Part shown: positions 31,896-41,310 of the stretch, one piece after another
Position numbering within the stretch: the first letter of the stretch is position 1
How the letters are laid out: each line of letters opens with the position of its first letter
From: an uncultured Legionellales bacterium
GTDB lineage: Bacteria; Pseudomonadota; Gammaproteobacteria; UBA1113
Direction of reading: 5' to 3'
Assembly: GCA_945957175.1 (NCBI GenBank)
Contig: CAMFJL010000011.1
Coordinates: 3,830 to 67,829, forward strand
DNA length: 64,000 nucleotides
The notes under the pieces: generated by a model
Database searches by the model: none
Told to the model about the DNA's origin: nothing
Seen by the model: the letters and a program-made list of their open reading frames with translations, nothing else
Position numbers and translations under genes: made by a program

Positions 31896-32221
31896 TGACC
31901 AAACTAGCGACAACTAAAACTTTTTCTCAAAAGCGGGTTAGTAAGACTCTAGCAAAAAGCTCTCTAGAAAAGTTAGCAACAACAAAACTATCTTCCCGCG
32001 GCCAAGTGGTCATACCTGAAGAAATTAGAGAGCAAATGCATCTCAATACCGGCGACCAATTCATTGTGTTTGCCGAAAAGGATGTTCTGATATTAAAGAC
32101 TATCACTCGACCTGACATCAGTGAATTTAATACCTTAGTGACCAAAGCTCGTCGTAAAGCAACAGAATTAGGCATGACCAAAGCCTCTCTTGATGAGGCT
32201 ATTAAGGAAGCACGTAAATAA
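31896..32221 (+). CDS. AbrB/MazE/SpoVT-family DNA-binding protein, copy 2, with a duplicated N-terminal segment
   Basis: About 95% nucleotide identity to copy 1 over roughly 330 bp. There is an extra internal repeat KLATTK...KLATTK. A GTG start with a GAGGAG RBS is preferred over the track's TTG start at 31853. Confidence 0.65.
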
Positions 32222-32245
32222 TGCAGAGAATCATATTAGACACAA

Positions 32246-32394
32246 TGGTTAGGGTTTTAGTGGTTATAGTGATTTGAACCCTCGGTCGAGGGTTCGACAA
32301 AATGGCAGGATTGCCATTTTGGACGCCGCCTTTGGCGGCGCCCTGAAAGGGCGAGGACCATGGATGGTCCGAGTCAATCCCGAGTTCTCCGCCA
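32246..32394 (+). repeat. Structured repeat, copy D, nearly identical to copy A
   Basis: ggttagggttttagtggttatagtgatttgaaccctcggtcgagggttcgacaaaatggcaggattgccattttggacgccgcctttggcggcgccctgaaagggcgaggaccatggatggtccgagtcaatcccgagttctccgcca. Confidence 0.85.
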
Positions 32395-32456
32395 ACACAT
32401 TATTTGCGCAGTCCGATATTTGAAATACAGTTCCAGTCAAAACCCAATCAAGAAAA

Positions 32457-32789
32457 TTATCCCCAAATGGGAACATACCCTGCACGAGGGTGCTCGGGAT
32501 CGGCAGGTTTGATAACGCCTATCTTTTGAGCTTGTAGAATCACTTTGGTTGCTTGAGCAGCATTGTGCTTTTCAATGCCAAAACGGATACATAAGCTAGC
32601 GTTTTTCATGCGTTCCCCACTTAGCCATTTTAAGATAGTATGCTGATAGCAAGCTCTAATACGTTCATCTGGTGTCATATTAACAAACGGTCTGGGCCCA
32701 TAAAGGATAGTTTGTACTGATGAATTGGTCTCACGTAAAAGTAATGGGGGTAACTGGAAAATTTCTATGTCTGCAATAACTTTATCCAA
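32457..32789 (-). pseudogene. C-terminal fragment of a COG2865-type HTH/ATPase regulator (RecG-like, Schlafen AlbA_2 family). The 5' truncation falls at a repeat boundary.
   Basis: Only 110 aa remain, reading ...ILYGPRPFVNMTPDERIRACYQHTILKWL...KIGVIKPADP.... Full-length members of this family are more than 400 aa. Repeat copy E lies immediately upstream. Confidence 0.45.
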
Positions 32790-32870
32790 TCCACTACCTT
32801 ATTCTTCACAAAAACCCATACGACGCATTAAAGATGCCATCATTTCATTATGTGGCCTCGGTGGTAGAGC

Positions 32871-33006
32871 GCCCTCTCCGCCAAAACTCTAACTATAGCC
32901 CCTGGCTATGGGTTAGAGTTTTAGTGGTTATAGTGATTTGACCCCTCGTTCGAGAGTTCAATAAAATGGCAGGATTGCCGTTAAGGAGACTGGGTCAATC
33001 TCGATT
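32871..33006 (+). repeat. Structured repeat, copy E. It is degenerate, with a pseudo tRNA 3' end, a hairpin and a truncated body.
   Basis: gccctctccgccaaaactctaactatagcccctggctatgggttagagttttagtggttatagtgatttgacccctcgttcgagagttcaataaaatggcaggattgccg... Confidence 0.7.
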
Positions 33007-33149
33007 GATTTGCCAATAAAAGAGCTGTCCCAGATGGTTTTTGAACTCCTCACACCACCGATATACGACAATGTGGGGAGAGACTCACAAGAAATGCTCA
33101 CCCCCAATTCAACCAACTATAAATATATCATAGAAGAAATTTTATAATA

Positions 33150-36100
33150 TTAAGATGGCTGAATTGTCGGGTTTGCTCTATCACTTGTATTGCCATCATC
33201 TGCCTCGGCTGTAATATCCCCGCTATCGGACCGTAGAATATCTCCCGTCGATGCTCGTGGTGAGGCTGGCTTTATGGCAAATAGTGACTGTGGATTGACT
33301 TCATTTTCCTCTGCAGAAATTAAGGCACTTGACTTCGATGATGAAGCAGTAATACTTTGTTCAGATAAATCTATCGTCGTAGTTGTAACCTGAGTTACGC
33401 TAGAAGATGAGCTCGGTGCAGCATTAGATGATGAACTAGAAATTGGAGAGCATTCGTCAAGAGAAGCAAGCTCAGCTGGAGTACCCAAAGAGTTATCACG
33501 TAAAGATGTGCCAAGTAAAGCCGGTGCTTTCTCTAATCGATCAATAATAACGAAAGGCATGGTTTCATGCTTCAAAGTAGGAGCTACATTATATGAAAAA
33601 GCAAAATCCTCCCCATTATATGCATACTTTTTCTTAATGATGACACCCCTTTGCCTTAATGCCGCAAATTCAGGCGGCTCACTCCATATATGCCTATTAA
33701 TCCAAATGATACAACCTTCTAAGTCTTTTGCCTTCAGTAGATTACGATAGACACCAACGAGGTCATCTGCGCGAGAATCTTTAGCAAACCTATTACTAAG
33801 AATGACTTCGACACTAATATCCTTAGGAGGTTCAGCCGCAAAAGATGTAAGAGGACTAGGGGTAACATGACGTTGCACAATAGTACCCGGGGCATATAAT
33901 TCTGCTCCAGTTAAAATAGCATTTTTGAAATTTGCTCCTGTCAAATCTACACCAATCATCCGAACCTGAGATAAATCAGCATTTTCGAAATTAACATTTC
34001 TTAATAAGCCTATCTTTTTTACCTTGGAATTTTTTTTACTTATATCTGGACAGTAATGATAATATTCATCTAGCGTGGTATCCACTAAACTCCAACAATC
34101 GCCAACAAAAATTGTGCCTTTTAAATCTGCATAACTTAAATCAGCGCCTTCCCAATGAAAACCTGTAACCTCTTCCCAACCATAGACTGTTGTCAGTGTC
34201 TGCGTCGTATGATCATATACAGAATAAAGACTTATTTGACTGCCATTTGCGCCAATTAATAAATTTTGCATCTTACTTTTATCTGTGATGGCTCCCTGTT
34301 TTGTTAAACTCAATATGATATGTTCTTTTTCTTCAACACTTGCATTTAGGTTGATGGCAAGTGCGTTGTCTACAATAACTCTATCTGGATCCCAATATCC
34401 AAATCGGGCAAAATGCATATCGCTTAAATTAGCAAATCGAAGGTCGCAGGTCTTGATGAATACTGCATAATAATTTAGCCGTTCCAGTCCATCGTATCCG
34501 ACGCTCACTTCAGTAAAAGTCGCTTTTTGTAAATTAGCCCCAGCCAAACTACCAGTTACTCTTGCGTGACTCACATGCGCACCTCGCAAATCTGCTCTAG
34601 CAAGATTAATATTAATCAAACTAAGCCGATCAATATCCAAATCACGAAGATTTGCATTACTAAAGTCCGCACCAGATATGCTATCTAATCTAACGCCATG
34701 TTGCTCAAGCAATGATTTAAGATACAAACGTTGTCCCATCGGCCTTTCACCCAGAATATGAGTGATAACAATTGGCCACATATCGTTCATCAAGCCAGTC
34801 AAGCGATGCTCTAAATCCTTAGCAAGCACGAGCTGATCTATCACAGCCCCCTCCCAAGCTGCAATTATTGCTGGATCAGGCCCATGCTTAAACGCATAAA
34901 AATATAATGAGGTCCAGCTCAAAATAACCTGAATTTTATCACTATAATAGGGCCAATCAGTTGTTACATAGCGTATATGCCCATTCATTGTGAAAAAATT
35001 GAGTAACACTGGTGACATATCACTTAAAATTTGATTGATTGGCCAAATGTCATTGCGATGTTCTTCAGTAAGAAGATATTGACTAAACTGCATTAAAATC
35101 AATACATTTAAAATAGATATAGCTATCCTGACTTGATAGGCGGGCTCTCCCATAGCTGCTGTAAGTTGATAGACCTCATTTGCAATGTTATAACAATCGT
35201 GAATTCTCGCTACGCTATCAGCTTCTGATGCACGTGCATAAGTTTTAAACGCTTTGACTAATGCTGTAAATTTATCTTTAAACTGTTCTAAAACAGCTCT
35301 AAATTCAGAAGTTTGCATTCTATTTAAACCTAAGATAGCATCAAATGTTTCTATTGTTTCTGCCAAAGAAGCAATTAATGGAATCCTTGTACTGTTCGAA
35401 TAATGACTGGGAAATTTTTCCTGCATATAAGCAAGCATTGTTTCAACGGTACGGGTCGCAAATAACGAAGCAACTGTTTTATCTGCTAACCAAAACCACG
35501 TTGATGGCAGGCTACTAGCAGTCAGAGGAAAAAAAGCACTCCATAATGCGTGAATATAAGCGCGCATATAGTCAGGATATTTATAATTAAAGGTCATTCC
35601 TACATCCGCCTCATAGCTAACAGAATGTAGGTACATATCTCCCCTGGCTACAGCCTGATGAACTTTTTCAAAAAGCGGAATTCTTTGTTGTGATACAACA
35701 GCAGCATTCTCTATCGAACCTCTACGCAAAAGAGTATAATAGTTATAAATAACGGTAAAAAGTCCTACAATTGGTGTAAAAATGCTTTGGCCTGAAGTAA
35801 GTCTTGTAAATCGACTAAGCAATGCAACCAATGAATATCCAGACTCGCTGACAACCTCCCAATCTTTGATAAGTGGATCAAAATGTCTTAATTCATGATT
35901 GTTATCAACAAAAAGATTAATCGCAATTTGTGCTTTAGCGTTGATTTGTCCTGTTCGGCCAAAAGGATGAAGAAATTGTTCTGCGCGTATTGAGAAATCA
36001 ATTAACAACCCATCCGCAAGAACTGAATGAAGTCGAAAGTCACGAGCGACGATTTTATTTTCGCCAGTATTCTCAAGCGTTTGAGCTGGGGAATACTCGT

Positions 36101-36197
36101 TAATAAGCATTGCTAAAACGCGTTGTCCGATTCCCATACCAAGTATGTTTTCTTCAGGGCGATGAATCGGATAAAATACATCATTACTATCTGGCAT
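33150..36197 (-). CDS. Large pentapeptide-repeat protein with an N-terminal domain of unknown function and a Ser/Thr-rich C-terminal tail. Candidate secreted effector.
   Basis: Tandem A(N/D)LxxA-type pentapeptide repeats (ANLRDLDIDRLSLININLARADLRGAHVSHARVTGSLAGANLQKATF, ANLSDMHFARF, ADLSYADLKGTIF). The C-terminus carries SSSSSNAAPSSSSSVTQVTTTT...SAEENEVNPQ. Confidence 0.7.
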   Translation of the reverse strand: MPDSNDVFYPIHRPEENILGMGIGQRVLAMLINEYSPAQTLENTGENKIVARDFRLHSVLADGLLIDFSIRAEQFLHPFGRTGQINAKAQIAINLFVDNNHELRHFDPLIKDWEVVSESGYSLVALLSRFTRLTSGQSIFTPIVGLFTVIYNYYTLLRRGSIENAAVVSQQRIPLFEKVHQAVARGDMYLHSVSYEADVGMTFNYKYPDYMRAYIHALWSAFFPLTASSLPSTWFWLADKTVASLFATRTVETMLAYMQEKFPSHYSNSTRIPLIASLAETIETFDAILGLNRMQTSEFRAVLEQFKDKFTALVKAFKTYARASEADSVARIHDCYNIANEVYQLTAAMGEPAYQVRIAISILNVLILMQFSQYLLTEEHRNDIWPINQILSDMSPVLLNFFTMNGHIRYVTTDWPYYSDKIQVILSWTSLYFYAFKHGPDPAIIAAWEGAVIDQLVLAKDLEHRLTGLMNDMWPIVITHILGERPMGQRLYLKSLLEQHGVRLDSISGADFSNANLRDLDIDRLSLININLARADLRGAHVSHARVTGSLAGANLQKATFTEVSVGYDGLERLNYYAVFIKTCDLRFANLSDMHFARFGYWDPDRVIVDNALAINLNASVEEKEHIILSLTKQGAITDKSKMQNLLIGANGSQISLYSVYDHTTQTLTTVYGWEEVTGFHWEGADLSYADLKGTIFVGDCWSLVDTTLDEYYHYCPDISKKNSKVKKIGLLRNVNFENADLSQVRMIGVDLTGANFKNAILTGAELYAPGTIVQRHVTPSPLTSFAAEPPKDISVEVILSNRFAKDSRADDLVGVYRNLLKAKDLEGCIIWINRHIWSEPPEFAALRQRGVIIKKKYAYNGEDFAFSYNVAPTLKHETMPFVIIDRLEKAPALLGTSLRDNSLGTPAELASLDECSPISSSSSNAAPSSSSSVTQVTTTTIDLSEQSITASSSKSSALISAEENEVNPQSLFAIKPASPRASTGDILRSDSGDITAEADDGNTSDRANPTIQPS

Positions 36198-36429
36198 AAT
36201 AATCTCCTATACTGCTACTAGAAAGTACTATATAAATCTCACGAAGACTTCCTGTCTGAGATGCATGAATGCTAGCATAAGTGAAATGATGATTACAAAT
36301 TTACAAGGGAGACACGGAAGTTGATTCATCATTAAACTGCTCGAGGATATAAGATGGATTAATAACCCCCGTGCAGAAACACGCTTCAAACTTTGAGCTC
36401 AGTAGCTCGCTCAATCTGCCAAGGTAATC

Positions 36430-36485
36430 GATTGAATGTTGTCCTGCAGGACGAAGATCATGGATAGTCTGAGTCAATTTCGATG
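36430..36485 (+). repeat. Degenerate fragment of the structured repeat, copy F
   Basis: ggacgaagatcatggatagtctgagtcaatttcgat, compared with ggacgccgcc.../ggaccatggatggtccgagtcaatcccgag in copy A. Confidence 0.4.
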
Positions 36486-36547
36486 GTCAAGAGTTTTGAG
36501 TATAATAATTATGCTCCGCACGTCAACCTAACTTTTATTGCCTTTCC

Positions 36548-36733
36548 TTAACCACCCATATGCACCTTTGCGGTCATATCAAGCCCAATTGCATGCATCA
36601 CTTTGAGCGTAGTTTGTAGGGTAGGGTTACCTTTCTCGCTGAAAGAGCGGTAAAGTTGCTCTCGAGACAGCCCAGTTTCTTTGGCTATCCCGAACCCTCC
36701 GCCAATCATCATAATTTCTTGGGTCAGCCCCAA
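36548..36733 (-). CDS. Orphan addiction-module antidote protein (HigA-family HTH). It looks N-terminally short and has no toxin partner.
   Basis: 61 aa reading ...GLSREQLYRSFSEKGNPTLQTTLKVMHAIGL.... The HTH matches the HigA antidote family. No RelE/HigB-like ORF is adjacent. Confidence 0.5.
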   Translation of the reverse strand: MGLTQEIMMIGGGFGIAKETGLSREQLYRSFSEKGNPTLQTTLKVMHAIGLDMTAKVHMGG

Positions 36734-36824
36734 TTTGTGACGCAGCGCGTCACATTTTAAGAAAAATAAACAGTAAAAAAAACTAACATGATATAATAGA
36801 CCTATCCCTCGGAGCTTTTATCTT

Positions 36825-37547
36825 ATGCAACCTTTTTCGCCTGCCTGGCCCCATGGCAACATCCAAAAGATTTTTGATGATGTTTTTCTCGTTACTGGCG
36901 CGAATATTACCCATCATGAAGGCATAGAATTACAACACAGTCGGAATATGATCATTATTCGTGATGGTGACACACTCAATTTAATCAATACTGTAAGATT
37001 AAGTGATGAAGGCCTTAAACAACTTGACGCCTTAGGTAGGGTAACCAACATTATTAGGATAGGTGCATTTCATGGCAGAGATGATGCTTTTTACAAACAA
37101 AAATATCATGCCAAATTATGGACCTTGAAAGGGCTAGAAGATCAGCATCAAACACCTATAGACAAAATACTTGAAGCTGATAGTCCATTACCCATGGCTG
37201 ATGCTTCATTATTTTCTTTCAGTACATCATGCTTTCCTGAAGCTGTGATTCATTTACATAGAAATGATGGCATTATCATTACATGCGATAGCATTAAAAA
37301 CTGGACTAAAGGCGATGAGTTTTTTAGTGAGTCATCAGCACATATGTATGAAATACAAGATTTCTTTGGCAAAGCCACAATATCCAAAATCTGGTTAGAT
37401 GCTTGTCAGGTACAAGCCAGCGATTTTAATCAATTAATGACATACTCTTTTAAACATCTGCTGAGTGCCCATGGTGAAGCATTACTTAACACGGCACATC
37501 AGGATGTGCAATCGACAATTCAAAATGTGTATGGCAGTTTGTCATAA
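36825..37547 (+). CDS. Hypothetical protein
   Basis: 240-aa ORF lacking a clear motif, with island-like codon usage. It lies between repeat copies F and G. Confidence 0.5.
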   Translation: MQPFSPAWPHGNIQKIFDDVFLVTGANITHHEGIELQHSRNMIIIRDGDTLNLINTVRLSDEGLKQLDALGRVTNIIRIGAFHGRDDAFYKQKYHAKLWTLKGLEDQHQTPIDKILEADSPLPMADASLFSFSTSCFPEAVIHLHRNDGIIITCDSIKNWTKGDEFFSESSAHMYEIQDFFGKATISKIWLDACQVQASDFNQLMTYSFKHLLSAHGEALLNTAHQDVQSTIQNVYGSLS

Positions 37548-37660
37548 AGTTACGCTATTTTAAGCCGTCAAAGAGCGTAATCATGCATTAAGCCCAACTG
37601 ATACATATTGAAGACTCTTAAGAGATTGATTGTGAGTGCCAGCCGTTATTTCACCAGTAG

Positions 37661-37884
37661 CCTCTCTCTCCGCCAATCATTGCAAAGAAGCCAAAGGCCG
37701 ACGCGACAATTCATTTGTCATCGCTTCGCGATGGTTTTATCACCCTGCATCCTGGTTTGTACCTTTGTGCTTCAAAGTTAACAAACTGACTTAACATTTC
37801 ATTTTGCCATTTTGGACGCTGCATTTGCGCAGCGCCCTGAAAGGGTGGGACCATGGAGAGTCCGAGTCTATCCCGAGCTCTCTG
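37661..37884 (+). repeat. Structured repeat, copy G. It is composite, with a pseudo tRNA 3' end plus tail at 37661-37745 and a body 3' half at 37801-37884.
   Basis: cctctctctccgcca-atcattgcaaagaagccaaaggccgacgcgacaattca resembles the tail of copy A (27309-27365). The later part ...gccattttggacgctgcatttgcgcagcgccctgaaagggtgggaccatggagagtccgagtctatcccgagctctctgca resembles the copy A body. Confidence 0.7.
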
Positions 37885-38246
37885 CAAAAACTCTTTTATA
37901 CACTTATAACTCTCATGATAAATATATTATTTCCAAATCGCTTAGGCATGTACGGTAATTCTTACGGTATTGCGCTTATGGGTCATTAGAAGTTTAATAA
38001 GCTCGCCCTTCATAGTTTGAGTGTCAACTTTCACAGCATTTACGATGAGGGGCAAGGCGTGGTTGCATAATAAAAACAAGGCTATTATCTATGACTCTCC
38101 GTGCATTGGTAACTGAAGGTCAACCGTCTCAAGGGCTTGATCTTTATCGAGTACTGATAATAGATCTTGAACTATAACCTTGCTTGATAAATACGTTTGT
38201 ATGACAACAATCTTATTTAATGCAGAAGTGTAATTCTGGCATATTT

Positions 38247-39089
38247 CTATACTTTATCTGCAAAGTACTTCCAGTAATATTCGACTAATTCATTTTTCTT
38301 ATAATGACCAATTTTTTTCTTCATGTTTTCAATATAAAAATAAATTGTTCTTGGACTTAACTTGAGTGATTTGGCAATAGTTTTAGCCGTATGTCCATGA
38401 GCCAGCAAGTATAAGCATTGTTTTTCACGAGACGAAAGATCTTGTGTGTTTAAAGCAAAGCCTTGATTATCTTCTGTAGGATATTGATGAATAGCCTGTA
38501 AAAAGTCGTTAATCGCTTCTTCAGTCAATAATGATTGCCGACTATCTATCAATACACGCTCTAACAAGGGCTTTTCTACTGGTATGGATAGCTTATGAGC
38601 TGTTTTTAAAAAAGAATTTTTATTCAATTGTTCATTATAGTAAAGAATAAATTGTTCAAGCAACTGACGATGCCGCACATAAAAATTGTTCATTTCTGGT
38701 TGAAAATGTCCAGCTGCAAAATGATAAATATGGGTTTGGCAAAGCAGAGGATCCGCTTTAATAACACTGAAAACATGATAAAGATGAAAATTAGCATCTA
38801 ATTGATAATAATCTTTGGCTAGTTTAGCTCTAGGCAAATAGTCCCAAATAATATAATCAAAGGAGTTAAGATGAGCACCCGTTTGAAAATCTAAATTAAA
38901 AAACTTGTGTTTAAGGTAAAGATGAAAATAATCAGCATTACTGCATATGCCTGTTAGCATACCATTAGCATGAATGATAGCGTGTCCAAAATAAGTAATA
39001 CCCAGCTTTTGCAGTGGTTGACATAAACTTACCATATCAGCCGGTGATACAAGACAAGGATGTTGCGAAATGAGTGCATCAAGATTCAT
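38247..39089 (-). CDS. LuxR-family transcriptional regulator
   Basis: C-terminal LuxR/GerE HTH (LSSREKQCLYLLAHGHTAKTIAKSLKLSPRTIYFYIENMKKKIG). The N-terminal domain is about 200 aa and could be ligand-binding. Confidence 0.7.
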   Translation of the reverse strand: MNLDALISQHPCLVSPADMVSLCQPLQKLGITYFGHAIIHANGMLTGICSNADYFHLYLKHKFFNLDFQTGAHLNSFDYIIWDYLPRAKLAKDYYQLDANFHLYHVFSVIKADPLLCQTHIYHFAAGHFQPEMNNFYVRHRQLLEQFILYYNEQLNKNSFLKTAHKLSIPVEKPLLERVLIDSRQSLLTEEAINDFLQAIHQYPTEDNQGFALNTQDLSSREKQCLYLLAHGHTAKTIAKSLKLSPRTIYFYIENMKKKIGHYKKNELVEYYWKYFADKV

Positions 39090-39111
39090 TTACATAACTC
39101 ACTTTTAAATA

Positions 39112-40686
39112 CTATAATCGAGCTCGAAGTGATTTCGAATTTTCAGTCGTCACAACTTTAGTATAGGATTCAACTAAAACATCAAAAGCTGGCCCCATTA
39201 TCTGGGCAAATGATTGTCTTAATGTCGCAAAATTTTGAGCATTTGGTTTAAAAAACATCGGAATATGAGCACCTGGGCAACGGGATTGAATGGCATCATA
39301 AACTTTACCTACCAAACTAGACGAACTTGGATGCGTTGATAGTGATGATGCTGCAGGATGAATGACCATGGGATCATCTCGCATGTAAAAAAAACCTTGG
39401 TATTGCGTCACGGTTAGTTCGCCAGAAGGATATATATGTTCAACCAGTTTAGGCACAAGTTCATTTTCTTCTGAGTAAACTGGAAAATTTTTTACATTAC
39501 TCACCGTGGCAAATCCATGTGTAGATGCTGCCTCATTATAGCAAATATGCTGATATTTTGTGAATTGTTGACTTAAAGCAAAACCTCTTAACCAAATAAA
39601 AGCTTTCATGAGTCCTTTATAGGTAGATGGCATATGAGCCAATGCAAATTTGGCGTGAAAAATTAACGTTGGCGTTTTATTCATATGGCATAAAATAGTG
39701 TCACTGATAAAAAAACCAATTAGCTTTCCTTCGCAAAAAATCATATCAACTATTCCACGCTGCATTAATCCATTAAAGTAACGTTGTTTACGGCTGCGTG
39801 ATGCTGAAGGACTTGAGCTATAGTCATCAGATGAAGATGATTGAGGAATAGATTTATCTGGCATAATATCGATACCAGGATATGCATTAAAAAATTCAAA
39901 TAATTGCTTATATTCATCTAACGTTAAAAGTTTTATATTTTTAGGTATAATCGTAACATGTTTGCTATCTTTCATCGATAACACGATTTGATAAAAAGGC
40001 GATGTATATAAAGCAATGCTTGAAATATAGGGTGTTAGGTGTAAATGCTTATGCATGATAGTATTGGCATCAGCAACCACTTGCGCAATAGGCCACCGTT
40101 GTGTTTCGGGATGAATAGCAATATGCGGTTTCATCAAGGGAGAGATTGTTAGCAATCTAATAATATCTTGATAAACACCGAGAATATATGGTTTTACATG
40201 AGTGCTGGCACTAACAAGGTATTGCATCAATGTCTTGCCATAGTTGTCAAGCAAGGGATCTGCCCCATAAAAAAGTAATAATTTAAGGGTAGTTAATAAT
40301 CGTTGTCTGCTGCCTTCGACACCGTATGGGGCAAATGGATTAAAAACGTTGTCTGTGCCCTGAACTGCAGCAGCATATAATAACGTACTACCACAATAAC
40401 GACTATTAGGATTGACACCATCACGCAAAAATTGAAACATACGCTCATGTTCAAAATAAATAGCTGCCTGATTTAATATCAAGTCTAGATAACTATTTTC
40501 ATTCGCATTTTCTACATCAATGTCAGACATCTCTTGAAATGATATAGGGATACATAAGTCTTGTTCCCATTCGTTAAAGAATATCTGCAACATTTCAATA
40601 AGTCGGCTAAAGACATTTTCATCAAGCAGAGTACCGTCTTTCTTTTTGAGATCGACTAATACTGAGAATATTGATATGAAATACAT
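39112..40686 (-). CDS. Ankyrin-repeat protein with a C-terminal domain of unknown, possibly acyltransferase-like, fold. Candidate effector.
   Basis: Ankyrin-like repeats in the N-terminal third (GSTLLYAAAVQGTDNV...LLLFYGADPLLDNYGKTLMQYL). It is 524 aa with a Ser-rich linker. Confidence 0.55.
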   Translation of the reverse strand: MYFISIFSVLVDLKKKDGTLLDENVFSRLIEMLQIFFNEWEQDLCIPISFQEMSDIDVENANENSYLDLILNQAAIYFEHERMFQFLRDGVNPNSRYCGSTLLYAAAVQGTDNVFNPFAPYGVEGSRQRLLTTLKLLLFYGADPLLDNYGKTLMQYLVSASTHVKPYILGVYQDIIRLLTISPLMKPHIAIHPETQRWPIAQVVADANTIMHKHLHLTPYISSIALYTSPFYQIVLSMKDSKHVTIIPKNIKLLTLDEYKQLFEFFNAYPGIDIMPDKSIPQSSSSDDYSSSPSASRSRKQRYFNGLMQRGIVDMIFCEGKLIGFFISDTILCHMNKTPTLIFHAKFALAHMPSTYKGLMKAFIWLRGFALSQQFTKYQHICYNEAASTHGFATVSNVKNFPVYSEENELVPKLVEHIYPSGELTVTQYQGFFYMRDDPMVIHPAASSLSTHPSSSSLVGKVYDAIQSRCPGAHIPMFFKPNAQNFATLRQSFAQIMGPAFDVLVESYTKVVTTENSKSLRARL

Positions 40687-40773
40687 AATAATGCTATCTT
40701 GACCGATTTCATTTATTTGAAAAGTAAAAAATAGACTTCCAGGTGCATCACTAGCACCAAAATTAAATAAGGG

Positions 40774-41310
40774 TTAACGCAAAAAAAGATATTCTAACGG
40801 TGTGCTATAACAAACATACAAATTGATTTTACCATTCGTGAACGTCTCAAGCATGACTTTTGTAAAATAATGGTTATTATCAAAAGAAAGCTTAGTGCGA
40901 CTATGTAGTACAGATCCAAAGTTTGTTTGATTCGCTAAACGCTTTATTCTTGATATTTGTAGATTAGCTTCAATGATATCGGCTATTTCGTGATGACCAA
41001 GCGTTCTTGCTAAATGTAATCCAGATAGTTCATTATCATCACATACGAGTAGTCTTACTTGATACCAATTTAGGATCGCTTCTCTATTGTTTGCAAAAAT
41101 AGCATCTATAAAATCAGCAAGGTCCATAGGCCAAAGGGCTGTGTCATTGGACTCATGGATTGTTACCATCGAGCTGCAGCTTGCTTCCATTGATGAGAAA
41201 GATGGCTGCCCCAGTTGAACATTTGTATCAGTTGATGACGAGGCGATGAGTGTCCCCGGTGGATCTGAGTTATTTTTTAACATAGTTATACACCAAAGCT
41301 TCTTCAACAT
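40774..41310 (-). CDS. Small ankyrin-repeat-containing protein. Candidate effector.
   Basis: LSGLHLARTLGHHEIADIIEANL is an ankyrin repeat signature. It is 178 aa. Confidence 0.5.
   Translation of the reverse strand: MLKKLWCITMLKNNSDPPGTLIASSSTDTNVQLGQPSFSSMEASCSSMVTIHESNDTALWPMDLADFIDAIFANNREAILNWYQVRLLVCDDNELSGLHLARTLGHHEIADIIEANLQISRIKRLANQTNFGSVLHSRTKLSFDNNHYFTKVMLETFTNGKINLYVCYSTPLEYLFLR

Noticed and set aside
29784-32181. ORFs 29784..29999 and 31927..32181 on the minus strand, two near-identical proteins
   Set aside because: They are antisense to the duplicated AbrB-family genes. Their similarity simply reflects the DNA duplication.
27109-37900. Whether the spaced repeats are a CRISPR array
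   Set aside because: The repeats are about 150 nt long, imperfect and internally structured. Spacing is irregular, from 0 to about 3 kb, and encloses full genes. No cas genes are present.
27019-41310. Search for an integrase, transposase or IS element that would explain the island
   Set aside because: No ORF in the island shows tyrosine or serine recombinase motifs or DDE transposase motifs, and no inverted-repeat-bounded IS was seen. The island appears to be an immobilised remnant.
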